From Octopus vulgaris (Eukaryota), in assembly GCA_951406725.2 (NCBI GenBank), contig OX597817.1:51832001-51896000 (forward strand): 64,000 bases of DNA, given 5' to 3'. Position numbers and translations under genes: made by a program. This document shows, one piece after another, positions 26,347-39,608 of the stretch (within the stretch, counting starts at the first letter, position 1; the number at the start of each line of letters is the position of its first letter). Below the pieces are notes generated by a model that searched no databases, was not told the origin of the DNA, and was given only the letters and a program-made list of their open reading frames with translations.

Positions 26347-26350
<4 letters not shown>
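23588..26350. mobile_element. PLE-type inverted pseudo-LTR insertion: arms ~23737-24630 / ~25478-26350, with an HHR-bearing extension 23588-23736 on one arm only
   Basis: Unique segments (e.g. 24140-24450 vs 25670-25975, 23737-23786 vs 26303-26350) are reverse complements. On the minus strand, an HHR and AATAAA precede (TA)n. Confidence 0.85.
23605..23655 (-). ncRNA. Type I hammerhead ribozyme motif
   Basis: Minus strand reads agcttc-CTGAAGA-t-ttc-tctt-gaa-t-GAAACAG-tactagtc-CTGTA-gaagct. 6-bp stem I, 4-bp stem III, GUA triplet; AATAAA just downstream. Confidence 0.85.
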
Positions 26351-26378
<28 letters not shown>

Positions 26379-26438
26379 TCTGCTATGTATTGAGTACCTT
26401 ACTTACTGTGGTTAACCCCGAATCAACCCGGGACCTAC

Positions 26439-26484
<46 letters not shown>

Positions 26485-26499
26485 GCATATATATATATA

Positions 26500-26545
<46 letters not shown>

Positions 26546-26842
26546 TATAGAGAGAGAGAGATTTCGTAGACAGAAACTTAAAGAAATCAATCGTATATAT
26601 ATGTATGTATATATTTAAGTGTATGTGTGTGACTTTGTTTCTGTGTTTCACCCTCATCAGTGCTTCACAACTGCTCTTCGTTTATTTACATCCCCATAAC
26701 TTACTGGTTTCAAAAAGAAGAAACTAATAGAATAAGTACCAGGCTTATCAACATAAAAAAACCACTACGCTGTGTCTCATATTTTTGTTTGCCCACTCAG
26801 TTGTATCTCTCAATTTATCTTTGTGTGTGTATATATATATAC

Positions 26843-26890
<48 letters not shown>

Positions 26891-26899
26891 ATTCATATT

Positions 26900-28552
26900 T
26901 ATTATATCAAAGACACAATGTCTTTATGTGTTCGTGTGTTACTTATACATTCGAAAATTGCTGCACCGATCCTAATGAAATTTGGAACGCAAAATCCAAG
27001 CCTAGGGAGAAGGGTAATGCTGTGTGTTTCATACGTCATGGACCAAAATTACTGAATGGATCCTTATGATATTTGAAACTTAGATTCAATGCATAAGGGC
27101 GGGTATAATTTGGTGTGAATTTCAGATGGCTTAAAGGGGGCAGAACCCCCAAGGAAATTCATAAATTTTCGATGTTGATGAAATTTCAACCATGGGTAAT
27201 TGACACATCAAGAAGTATTCTCAAAGTTTCCACTTCACATGAGGATTCTAAGACACCCAAATGGGGGCCTTAACTTCCAAATTTTAGTAATTTCTTTTAT
27301 GATCCAAAACTAAGTCAAAAGTACTGAATGGGTCTTTACGAAATTTGGAAATTATAGTCTATGCAGAAGGGCCACAACCCCCATGACAATGCATATATTT
27401 TTGCTGTTGATGAAATTTTAACCATATATATTAGATACAAATAAAGTAATATTTATAACATTTCATCTTCTTACAAGTTATAAAGAACCCACCATGGGGA
27501 CTTAACACCCACAATTTTGTCATTTTATCTAAACAAAGACGAATATTTGTACTCTTGGAAGCTGTAGGGTCATCCGAGCATAGAAGATGCGCATTATTTG
27601 TAATTCAATGGTACAACAATGTAACGGTTTGCTTTTACATACACTTACATTGTGATTTCTGCAATGTGCTGCATAAATTGTCAAGTAAATGAGAGGCATC
27701 TTTGCCTCCACTGATTCAGTTGCAAAGTGTTGAGTAAAGTTATTTGATTGCAGATCTACTTTCAGTCTTTTTATTATCAATCGGTCACACATAGTCCCCA
27801 CATAGTAACATTGATTTCAAGGCCTTCCCAGATGAGTGACTGGTTATTCAAAGACATTTATAGATTGTAAATTTATTCTGTCCAGTTACATATCAGTATA
27901 GTGGTCATTTGCAAACTGCAACCTTCATTTCTCCTTAGCACTCACGTCAAAAAGTTGTTAATGTTTATTTCAGTTGGGTCACGCCCTTCCAATTGCTATA
28001 AATTCGTAATGCATCTTACTGCTGTGCCTGTCACCTGGATGATGAGGAATCTTACATTGGGAGTGGTAACGTCTAGGGTACTGTAGCTGACTGCTTATTG
28101 TGATCATTTGTCTTTTGGTTTTCTGTAGCTTTCCTCTCTTTTACAATCACAGTGAACATATATTTCCTATTTCAAAGAAATTCAAACAATACATATAAGA
28201 CCCAAGTAAAAAAGATTCTCAACAATTCAACTTCTATGGTTGATATTAAGATGCCCACCCACAACAGGGGCCTTAACTCTCACATTTTAGAGCTCTATGA
28301 CCTTCATTTTTCAGGAGCAAAATCTTTTTAGCAGGTTCAATAAAACTGAAATTTTGGAATATGCGCATAAAAATCATTAATATGGGATATATGTGGCACG
28401 ATTACAATTTTGGTGGGGGGTCTGTAAAGAGGGAAATGACCATCATCTGCAATTTTGATGAAATTCGAAACATAGATATTCCAGTTCATTAGAGAAAATA
28501 TAACAGAAAAGTCTAATTCTTCAATTGTATGTAACACGGGTAACTCTGCTAG
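26900..28552 (+). mobile_element. Old non-autonomous Helitron-like element with internal subrepeats
   Basis: 3' end acgggtaactctgCTAG-t; ccgatcctaatgaaatttgg motif near the 5' end; homologous to 17783-18765. Confidence 0.6.
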
Positions 28553-28590
<38 letters not shown>

Positions 28591-28639
28591 GATAGATTGA
28601 TAGATACAATTGAGTGGACAACAATATGAGAGACTGCCT

Positions 28640-28999
28640 TCAAGAAATTTTTGTCGAATGAATCAACCCCGGTGATTTAATTTTTTTTTTATTTTATGTT
28701 GATAAGCCTGGTACTTATTCTATCATATCAGTAAGTTATGAGGATGTAAATAAACCAACAGCAGTTGTCAAGCAGTGATGAGGGAGAAACACAGACACAA
28801 AGACACACACATATACTTACATATATACACACATGTAAACGATTGATTTCTTGCAGTTTCTATCAAACGAAATCCACTGACAAGGCTTTGGTTGGTCTCA
28901 GGCTATAGCAGGCACGTGACAAGTCACCACACAGTGGGACTGAACCCAAGACCATGTGTTTTGGAACCAAGTTTCTTACCACACAGCCATCCTGCACCT
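28640..28999 (-). mobile_element. SINE family A, diverged variant
   Basis: Reverse-complement match to 19078-19400. Confidence 0.75.
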
Positions 29000-29090
29000 A
29001 TATATGTGTGTGTATGTGTGTGCGTATGTGTGCATATGTGTGTATATGTGTGTGTAAATGTATGTCTATGTATATTTGTATATATGTATA

Positions 29091-31084
29091 TGATTGATTG
29101 ATTGATTGATTCTAGTTTCAGCTCATGAGCTGTGGCCATGCTGGGGCACCGCCATTTGGTGTTGCTACTTGGTTTTACTTCACGAAAGCTTTTAGCAACT
29201 GCCATTTGGTGCATGAGAGAGTTCGATGCAGCTGCCCTCATCTGCACCTCCTGCCGTGAAGTTGGTTCATCTGGGACACCTGACAGGAAGAGATCCAGTT
29301 CCATTTTAAAGACATCTGCATCCACCCCATGCAGGTCTCTCAGGTTCTTCGGGAGGATATTGAAGAGCTGTGGGCCACGGAAGCCCAGGCTATCACAGTA
29401 TCTTGTCCTACATCTTGATGGCAAATTTTGAGTCCTAGGCACCACGCAGTGGCGCCCAGTTCTGGCATTTGTGTAACTCTCGATGCCAAAGTTTGGGACA
29501 CGTCCCTCCAGGATCTTCCAGATGTATATTATGGCATATCTTTCCCGCCTACGCTCCAAGGAATATAGTTTTAATCTCTTGAGTCTTTTCCAGTAGCTTA
29601 CATTCTGCATAGAGGCTATCTTCTTCGTGTAGCTACGCTGGATCGCCTCGAGCTCTGTGATCAACTTGACACTGGATGGTGACCATAACTGAGAGCAATA
29701 GTCAAAGTGGCTTAGGACAAGTGTCCTCCAGAGGACCATCATGGTTTCTTGTTCTCTTGTTCTAAAGGTTCTGAGAATCCATCCGGCCAGTCGTCTACAT
29801 TTCATTGCCAATTTAGCAACATGAACACGAAAGGTTGCGTCATCACTCATGTAAATACCCAGGTCACGCACTGATTGTGCCTCTGGGATTGCTATTCCTC
29901 CGGGTCCAGTGTATTCATTGGGTATTGCATTTAGTTTTGCATGCTGATAGTATAAAGCTTGAAACTTTTCAGCATTGAACTGCATGCTATTCTTTTCAGC
30001 CCACTTGTATATTTCGTCCAGCTCACATTGCAGGTGCTTAGTGTCTTCAGGGTTCTGTATTGCCTTTGAAACTTTTGTATCATCTGCATAACTTGTGATC
30101 GTGGCTCTCTGCGTGGCTGAGGGCATGTCTGAGAGGGCCATTATGAACAGTAGTGGTCCCAAAACAGTGCCCTGCGGAACACCGCTCACTATTTGTGTGT
30201 TAATGGAAGTGGCCCCATTGGCTGCTACCACCTGACTTCTATTCTTCAGAAAGTCATGAAGCCATTCTCCCAATTTTCCAACTATGCCAAGATCACGCAG
30301 TTTGTGACATATCATTCCATGATCGACTTTATCAAAGGCCTTTGCAAAGTCGAGATATATGACTTCCACATTTGAGTAGTTAAGCAGTTGTTTCAGCACC
30401 CAGTCATAGTGTTGTAGGAGCTGAGTTAAACAGCTTCTTCCTGGTCGGAAACCATGTTGGGTGTCAGGCAGCAAGTCATTTTCTTCAAGGAAGGTGATTA
30501 GTTTCCTTCTGACTATTCGTTCCATGACCTTGCTGATGTGTGAGGTGAGAGAGATAGGTCTGTAGTTCTTGGCCCCTGCTCTGCTACCACCTTTATGAAT
30601 AGGGCATATTTTACCTTCCTTCAGTTTTTTTGGAAGTTTGCCAGCTGCTAGGAAGCTCTGAAAGAGGATCTGCAGTGGTCTTGCTAGGACTCTCTTACAT
30701 ACTTTTAGGAGGATTGCCGGGAATCCATCGGGGCCAATAGCTGATTCTGTTTTCATTTCATCTATGGCCTTTATTACATCGTCTTCCTTTATATCGATGT
30801 AATTTATCGTCGCCCCCTCTGATTTTATATCTGCAGTGGTAAAGAAGTCAGTTGGATTGGTGATTTGGAAATGCCCGAGGGGTGGAGTGAAAACACTCTT
30901 GAATTGCTCATTCAGTATTTCACTTACCCTCATTGGTTTTCCTGTGAGTGTGCCATCCTCTTCAAGGAGTGGCCCTATCCTACAGTGTACCGTAGCTGTT
31001 TCTTTGGCATATCTGTAGAAAGCTCTGGGGTTAGATTTTATGTTGTCTATAGCCCAGGCTTCTTTGTCTGTTCTTTCCTTTTCA
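29091..31084 (-). mobile_element. 5'-truncated CR1-group (CR1/L2/Crack-like) non-LTR retrotransposon, ORF2 RT domain and C-terminus open, (ATCA)n tail
   Basis: RT motifs GPDG, KNYRPISLTS, QHGFRPGRSC, YLDFAKAFDKVDH, GVPQGTVLGPLLF, YADD, DLGI and LYSLERRRER are present. No endonuclease domain remains. A short tetranucleotide tail lies at 29091-29110. Confidence 0.93.
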
Positions 31085-31108
31085 TATATGTATGTATGTA
31101 TGCATGAA

Positions 31109-31168
<60 letters not shown>

Positions 31169-31570
31169 TACATATTACATTTACATCTATTTATATACAT
31201 ATCTATACATAAATATATATGTACACATATATATATATACATATATACATACATATATATATTTATATATTACATATACATCAACATATGTATACACATA
31301 TATACATGCATACATATATTTTTATATATATACACACATATATACACACATGTATACATATATAAACATATATAGTATATATGTATACATGTATAAATAT
31401 ACATCTATATATATACACATATATACATGCATACATATATTTATATATATATATATATACACATATTTATATATACATATATACATATTTAATCATATAT
31501 ATGCATATATATAAACATGTATATATATATATATATATATATACACATAACATATATATTATATATAATG

Positions 31571-31608
<38 letters not shown>

Positions 31609-31676
31609 ACATATATATTATATATAATGTATGTATATATATATATATACACATAACATATATATTATATATAATG

Positions 31677-31736
<60 letters not shown>

Positions 31737-32023
31737 ATAGTTTCAGTATTAATAATGAAACTATTAAAGTGAAAGTATCTGACATTACAATAGAGAGATG
31801 TTATTGTTTCACTTTTGACACGTAATACTGAAATAGTGGAAGATATAAGATATTGCTCCGGGCTCGCATTAGACAAGAAGCTGAAAATTTCTTTGGCCCG
31901 TGACACTACATGGCCCCTAAGGCATGTGTAAAATTTGAATGAATTCGGTTGCAAATTACTCGAGTTTTAAGGATTCACACAGGCAGACAGACACAGCTTA
32001 TATAACATTTATAGATAGATATA

Positions 32024-32527
<504 letters not shown>

Positions 32528-32574
32528 TAGAGAGAGAAAGAGAGAGAGAGAGACGGACGGACGGACAGATACAT

Positions 32575-32860
32575 AGTATCGACCAGGCCATCAGACTCTG
32601 CTATACACCGCTTCTAATGCTGTCTTGATGCGCTATTTTGTTCCATCTTGAGCCAAATTGCTTGACTAAATCGTCGTCCCGTCATCGTCGAGGCTTTCCA
32701 AGTGGCCTTTTCCATCTCTAGGATATCAGTCGGCTACAGCACGTTTCCACCTGTTGTCTGTGAACCTTGCGACATGTCCGGTACAGCGAAACCTGTGCTT
32801 TCGGTACTCTACGATTATATGGTTCACACCGCTCTGTTCTCGAATTATCTAACGCCGGAG
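32575..32860 (-). mobile_element. RTE-clade LINE 3' remnant
   Basis: Degenerate W.RAVAD(W)YPRD.(R)PLGKPRR(W)..DDLVKQFGSRWNKIA, similar to RTE ORF C-termini. Confidence 0.55.
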
Positions 32861-32979
32861 TAGTCGGGCTAAATTTCACAGTTTGCGTAAAAGGAAAAGG
32901 AGTGATTATATAACGTTTACGAATTCGAAAATTACTATTCTTAAATCTCACAAGAGATATTCAGCGACAGTACTTTGGA

Positions 32980-33533
32980 GTAAAGATTGTTTGCCAACAT
33001 AACATGGCAGTCGTTTAGGATGAATGTTGCTATAATTTAGCCCCAAGAGACATCGTCTCCAGCTGGCTATACGACACGATCTGTGTCCTTATATTTTCGA
33101 ACAAGGGAATCTAGCACCCCCACTCAGCTCAAAACAATATTTGTGTATCGTGATTTCTGGGTTATGTTGGCGAGTAATCTTTACTACAAAGTACTGTTAC
33201 TGAATATCTCTCGTAAGATTTAAAAATAGTAATTTTCTAATTTATAGATCAGTAACTAGCTGTCACTTTGAAAACTAAACATTTCGATCGGGAATTTGGC
33301 AGTGCCACCTCTAGCCAAACAATTATTCTGTGCTGATGAAGAGAAATAACCTGGAAATCACAATACACAGATATTGTTTTGAGCTGAACGGGTGTGGTAG
33401 ATTTCCTTGTTCGAAAATATAAGGACAGGACTGTGTCGTATAGCCAGCTGGAGACGATGTCTCCTGGGGCTAAATTACATGAACATTAGTCCTAAACCAG
33501 GACTGCCATGTTACGTTGGCAAACAATGTCTAC
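32980..33533. mobile_element. Fold-back / MITE with ~180-bp diverged inverted arms (32980-33165 / 33346-33533)
   Basis: For example, gagacatcgtctccagctggctatacgacac vs gtgtcgtatagccagctggagacgatgtctc. Confidence 0.75.
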
Positions 33534-33798
33534 GAATTTGTTTTGCTAAATTCCTAATGTCAAATCATGTGTTGAACCAGATATTGTTAAATTCCAGGAC
33601 GGTCATTTTGAGACAGAATTGACTAAATACAACAGGAGGAAACACACGTGGGATGGAAGAATCTCTGAAGTGGTCACAGGTGTGTGACGAAAGATTTCCA
33701 GACAATAGACAGTGTGCGTGTATGTGTATGCGTGTGTGTGCCTCTGTACACATACACACACACACACACACACACATACAAGCATTAAATATGTAGAA

Positions 33799-34213
33799 GG
33801 CGGCGAGCTGGCAGAAACGTTAGCACGCCGGCCGAAATGCTTAGCAGTATTTCGTCTGCCGCTAGGTTCTGAGTTCAAATTCCGCCGAGGTTGACTTTGC
33901 CTTTCATCCTTTTGGGGTCGATAAATTAAGTACCAGTTACGCACTAGGTCGATATACTCGACTTAATCCGTTTGTCTGTCCTTGTTTGTCCTCTCTGTGT
34001 TTAGCTCGTTGTGGGTAGCAAAGAAATAGGTATTTCGTCTGCCGTTACGTTCTGAGTTCAAATTCCTGCCGAGGTCGACTTTGCCTTTTATCCTTTCGGG
34101 ATCGATTAAATAAGTATCAGTTACGGACTGGGGTCGATCTAATCGACTTAATCCCTTTGTCTGTCCTTCTTTGTCTCCTCTATGTTTAGCCCCTTGTGGG
34201 CAATAAAGAAATA
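33799..34213 (+). mobile_element. SINE family B dimer with 17-bp TSD
   Basis: acaagcattaaatatgt at 33778-33794 and 34214-34230. Confidence 0.9.
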
Positions 34214-34489
34214 ACAAGCATTAAATATGTTTATAGGTTTTTGAGTGCGAATGCATTTTATTTTTTATTTTTTATTTTTATTTCATCTAGTTTCAGCTCA
34301 CGAGCTTACATACATATATACGAAATTATACGTGTATTTATACACAAACACACATACATACGCACACGCACAAACATTGAAATAAACAGTCAGATAGACA
34401 GACATACAGACAGACAGAGACTGGAAAACAGGCAAATGAGAGGAAAAAAGAAATACATAATTATGCATGTATTTACATATGTGTATGTG

Positions 34490-34559
<70 letters not shown>

Positions 34560-34608
34560 TGAATTGAAGAAATGGAGTTGAACGAAGATTGAACAGAAAT
34601 CGTTTTAT

Positions 34609-34694
34609 TTCATTCTACACGTGTTTCGAAAGGCACAATTTACCAAATTCGATTGAATAATGAGACCATATTGTGTCTTTCTCTTCAGGAAGAA
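34609..34694 (-). ncRNA. Type I hammerhead ribozyme motif (antisense twin of 35181-35267)
   Basis: Reverse-complement copy with stem II gaaagacacaat/attgtgcctttc. Confidence 0.8.
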
Positions 34695-35180
34695 ATAGGA
34701 AATCCGTTGGAAAAAACAAAACAGAACAGAGCGGAGCAAAACAAATCGAACGAGGCTATGGCCAAACTGTTTATCAATGTATGTTGAAAACGGGTGGTGG
34801 GTGCGTTGAAGATTTTAACGGTCAGGCAGCGGTCATTCCGGTGGGTGAGGGCACTGAGTGCGTAGATGTTCTTTGTGACCGAGAGTAAAGTTCTGACTAT
34901 TTAAAGAATATTAGGTGTATTATATTTGGCTCGCCCCATATAATACACCTAATATTCTTTAAATAGTCAGAACTTTACTCGGTCACAAAGAACATCTACG
35001 CACCCAGTGCCCTCACCCACCGGAATGACCGCTGCCTGACCCGTTAAAATCTTCAACGCACCCACCACCCGTTTTCAACATACATTGATAAACAGTTTGG
35101 CCATGGGCTCTTAGGAGCCTCGTTCGATTTGTTTTGCTCCGCCTCTGTTCTGTTTTTGTTTTTTCCAACGGATTTCCTAT

Positions 35181-35267
35181 TTCTTCCTGAAGAGAAAGAC
35201 ACAATATGGTCTCATTATTCAATCGGAATTTGGTAAATTGTGCCTTCCGAAACACGTGTAGAATGAA
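35181..35267 (+). ncRNA. Type I hammerhead ribozyme motif
   Basis: ttc-CTGAAGA-gaaagacacaat...attgtgccttcc-GAAAC-acgt-GTA-gaa, with palindromic stem III ACACGTGT. Confidence 0.8.
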
Positions 35268-35472
35268 AGAAAACGATTTCTGTTCAATCTTCGTTCAACT
35301 CCATTTCTTCAATTCACTAATAATATTAAAATTCAATTATCCGCACCAACGCACGGTTGCAACACCATATGGTTGTACCTCCAACCGTGCTGTCTTCTGC
35401 TGTGATTTTTGCTACCAAGGTATCGGTTAAACTTTTGATTAATCTGCAACAAGATTATTCATCTTTCTATTT

Positions 35473-35513
<41 letters not shown>

Positions 35514-35580
35514 ATATATATACATATATATACATATATATATATATACATATTTACACACATATATATATATATACGTA

Positions 35581-35623
<43 letters not shown>

Positions 35624-35693
35624 TTACATATATATATATATGTGTGTATATATATATATGTATATATACATATATATATACATATATATATAC

Positions 35694-35843
<150 letters not shown>

Positions 35844-36408
35844 GCAAATCTATGTAGAAGTTATAAGTATCGGTGATGGTTTTATATTTAAAAGATGAAT
35901 CCTTTGTAATCTCTACAGGGAAAGTGTTGCAATTTTTCTAAGCATAAATGGATTGACACACAGACATACTTATATGGGTGCATGCATGTATGTATGCCTA
36001 TAATCATGTATGTATGTGTGTGTGTGTGTATGTGTATGTGTCTACATGAATGTATGTATGTAAGTATGTATGTATCAAGTACGCGTATATGAATATATGT
36101 ATGTAAGCATGCTTGTATGTACGTATACGTATATGAATATACGTATGTATGCTTATACGTATGTATGTATATATGTACGTATGTATGTAAGTATATATGT
36201 ATGTTCGTGTATATGAATATATGTATGTATGGAGAGAAAGAGAATGTGTGTGTGTGTATATGCATGTGAATAGTGCACATATGTGGGTATGCATATATAT
36301 ATTTTTTTTTTTTGCGTAAGCTTATAATTATACCCATAAACCGATATATACGTATATACGCTTATACGTATCCATGTACGTATTTGTATACATATATGCG
36401 TTTGTGTG

Positions 36409-36592
<184 letters not shown>

Positions 36593-36652
36593 CTGAAAGA
36601 TATATAGATTGGTAGGCAGACAAAGAGATACACATAAAGGAGACATAGATAT

Positions 36653-36692
<40 letters not shown>

Positions 36693-37019
36693 GAGCTATT
36701 GTATACCTGCATACGTATATGCATACATATAACTTTCATAAAACCCTGTATTTTTTTCATGGCATTCCCATAACAATAATATCTATGATCTGATTAAATC
36801 CACCGAGGATTTTCGACTATTCAAATTTGCATCTTCTCCACGATGGCAATATATAAATTCAATGAGCTTAAGTTCTTTACTCTTTGTACATGTCAAGTAG
36901 GGAGATTTAGACTTGTTTACAAAGATCTTTCGTTTGTTCAACTATCCCTGCGATGCAATTTATCCCTGATACATTTACACATGCGCATGTGCGTCTGTGA
37001 GGAGGCGTGCGCGTGCGTG

Positions 37020-37061
<42 letters not shown>

Positions 37062-37118
37062 TGTGTGTGTGGCTGTGTGTGTGTTTTGTGTCTCTGTGTT
37101 TGTATTATACATACACAT

Positions 37119-37186
<68 letters not shown>

Positions 37187-37377
37187 TATGTATGAATATA
37201 TATATGTACATATATATAAATATATATATATATATCTTTGTATGTATATATACACATATGTATATATATATTTACATATATATACATATATACATATATA
37301 TACACACATATATATATGTATGAATATATATATACATATATATGTATATATATATATATATATATTATATAAATAAA

Positions 37378-37414
37378 TACTACACAGTCACGCCTACACC
37401 TACATGCATGTGTG

Positions 37415-37450
<36 letters not shown>

Positions 37451-37487
37451 CACACATGCATGTAGGTGTAGGCGTGACTGTGTAGTA
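37378..37487. repeat. Perfect 110-bp palindrome centred on (TA)n
   Basis: tactacacagtcacgcctacacctacatgcatgtgtggg-(TA)n-cccacacatgcatgtaggtgtaggcgtgactgtgtagta. Confidence 0.9.
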
Positions 37488-37630
37488 AGTTTGCCTCCCA
37501 ATCACACTGTTCTGGGTTCAGTCTCACTGTGTGGCATCTTGTGCAGGTGACCTCTACTATAGCCACGTGCCGACCGTAGCTTTGTGAGTCCATTTGGTAG
37601 AGAGAAGAGAAACAGAAAGTTGCCCGTCGC
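37463..37630 (+). mobile_element. SINE family A, diverged 5' half
   Basis: Head and core similarity. Confidence 0.65.
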
Positions 37631-38299
37631 GCGCGCGCTTGTGTGTGTGTGTGTTTGTGTGTGAAACAAAAGTTTAAAAGGTATGATAAAGGGATAAAGT
37701 ATGTTCATTGTTCGATGGCAGTTGCTTATAATTCTGCTCCTAGAACTGTCTCTGTATAGAAGTAATAGTTTCTGTTGCTTACGGCTGTAGACTGTATTGT
37801 TAAATTGGTTGAAATAAAAATTAATATGCAAGCGGTAAGGGATGATGAATAAATGAATATTATATACCGTAATTCGAATCTAACCGATTTTGTAAAGTAC
37901 TGTTCAGAATGGTTGATCGTATGTAACTTCCATGACGCTTAAAGTATTGACTTTAGAAATGGCAAGCTAAATGAATGAATAAATTAAAACGTGGAAGACC
38001 CACTTTCGCTGTTCAAAATCACGCAGAAAGTGTTACATTCATTTCATCATTTATTACTTGGTGTCGTCAAACTTTTCGTCGCACTGCCTGGAACCTGGTC
38101 ACTGACACGGTTCCACTGCAAGTCTCGTTATTTGATATAAACTAGAAAGAGAAACTCATTTCTCGCGCATGAGTTGAACGCAAGAAAAAAACGTCACAGA
38201 CAGAACTAAATATCACTTGAGGTTTGCCCACCTCGTTCCCCACCCTACCATCAACCGTCTGCCAGGTCGAAAAGTTTGCAAACCTCGTTCCCCATCCTA

Positions 38300-38716
38300 C
38301 CTATTTCTTTACTACCCACAAGGCGCTGAACACAGAGAGGACAAACAAGGACAGACAAACGGATTAAGTCGATTACATCGATCCCAGTGCGTAACTGGTA
38401 CTTAACTTATCGACCCCAAAAGGATGAAAGGCAAAGTCAGCTTCGGCGGAATTTGAACTCAGAACGTAGCGACAGACGAAATACCTATTTCTTTACTACC
38501 CACAAGGGGCTAAACACAGAGGAGACAAACAAGAACAGACGGAGGGATTAAGTCGATTACATCGACCCCAATGCGTAACTGGTGCTTCATTTATCGACCC
38601 CGAAAGGATGAAAGGCAAAGTCGACCTTGGCGGAATTTGAACTCAGAATGTAACGGCAGACGAAATACGGCTACGCATTTCGCCCGGCATGCTAACGTTT
38701 CTGCCAGCTCGCCGCC
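38300..38716 (-). mobile_element. SINE family B dimer inserted in a ~50-bp minisatellite (38225-38785)
   Basis: Match to family B; flanking repeats cgttcccc..cctaccatcaaccg. Confidence 0.85.
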
Positions 38717-39387
38717 TTACCATCAACCGTTTGCCAGCTCGAGAATTTTACCCACCGCGTTCCCTACCCTACCACCAACCGATCGCCTGTTCACCATAAT
38801 TATACAATACCACAATCAGGGAAAGATGGCTGATGTGAATTAACCAGTTTTATAGTAAATACATGCCCACTACTTCAGGGCAGCCATCTTATACTATTTA
38901 TGAAATTAATAAATACACGATTCGTTCTCTGCAACAAGGCAATCAATGAAACAATACGTCTTACAAATCTGCGAAAATCAAAACTAAAAGAAAATGGCGG
39001 GGCGTCAGCGTCAATTAATAATTAATAATTGGCAAAAGAAACGGAGAAGAGTTTATCTCCGACTTCCTGTCTGCCTCCGACTTTCTAACTGCCTCCTCCT
39101 TGTCTCTGTGTCTGCCTCTCCTCACCACTCTAACAAATATCGGTTTGCCAACAGATTTTTCTCAGCAGTGTATACAATTAGTGGAGAGTAATTAAAGACA
39201 AACGTCAGTCATTAGCTTTATTATCGCCTTCACAATATTAATTCACGCAGCTGTAACCCATATCGTTAATCATGGTCGGTATGCATTCACAAATGATGTT
39301 ACACGTACACATACATACATACACAAGTGTACGTTAATAAACACACAGGTATACACACATATACATATGCATATGCACACATCACAC

Positions 39388-39462
<75 letters not shown>

Positions 39463-39511
39463 TAGATAAATATACATGTACACTTATGGGTGTGTATACA
39501 CACACCACACA

Positions 39512-39605
<94 letters not shown>

Positions 39606-39608
<3 letters not shown>

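Larger units (their letters stand above)
34554..35475. mobile_element. PLE-type near-perfect palindrome (arms 34554-34925 / 34938-35322, 12-nt spacer) with a one-sided tail 35323-35475
   Basis: The arms are reverse complements apart from small indels. Each has a canonical-core HHR, and (TA)n flanks both sides. Confidence 0.85.
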
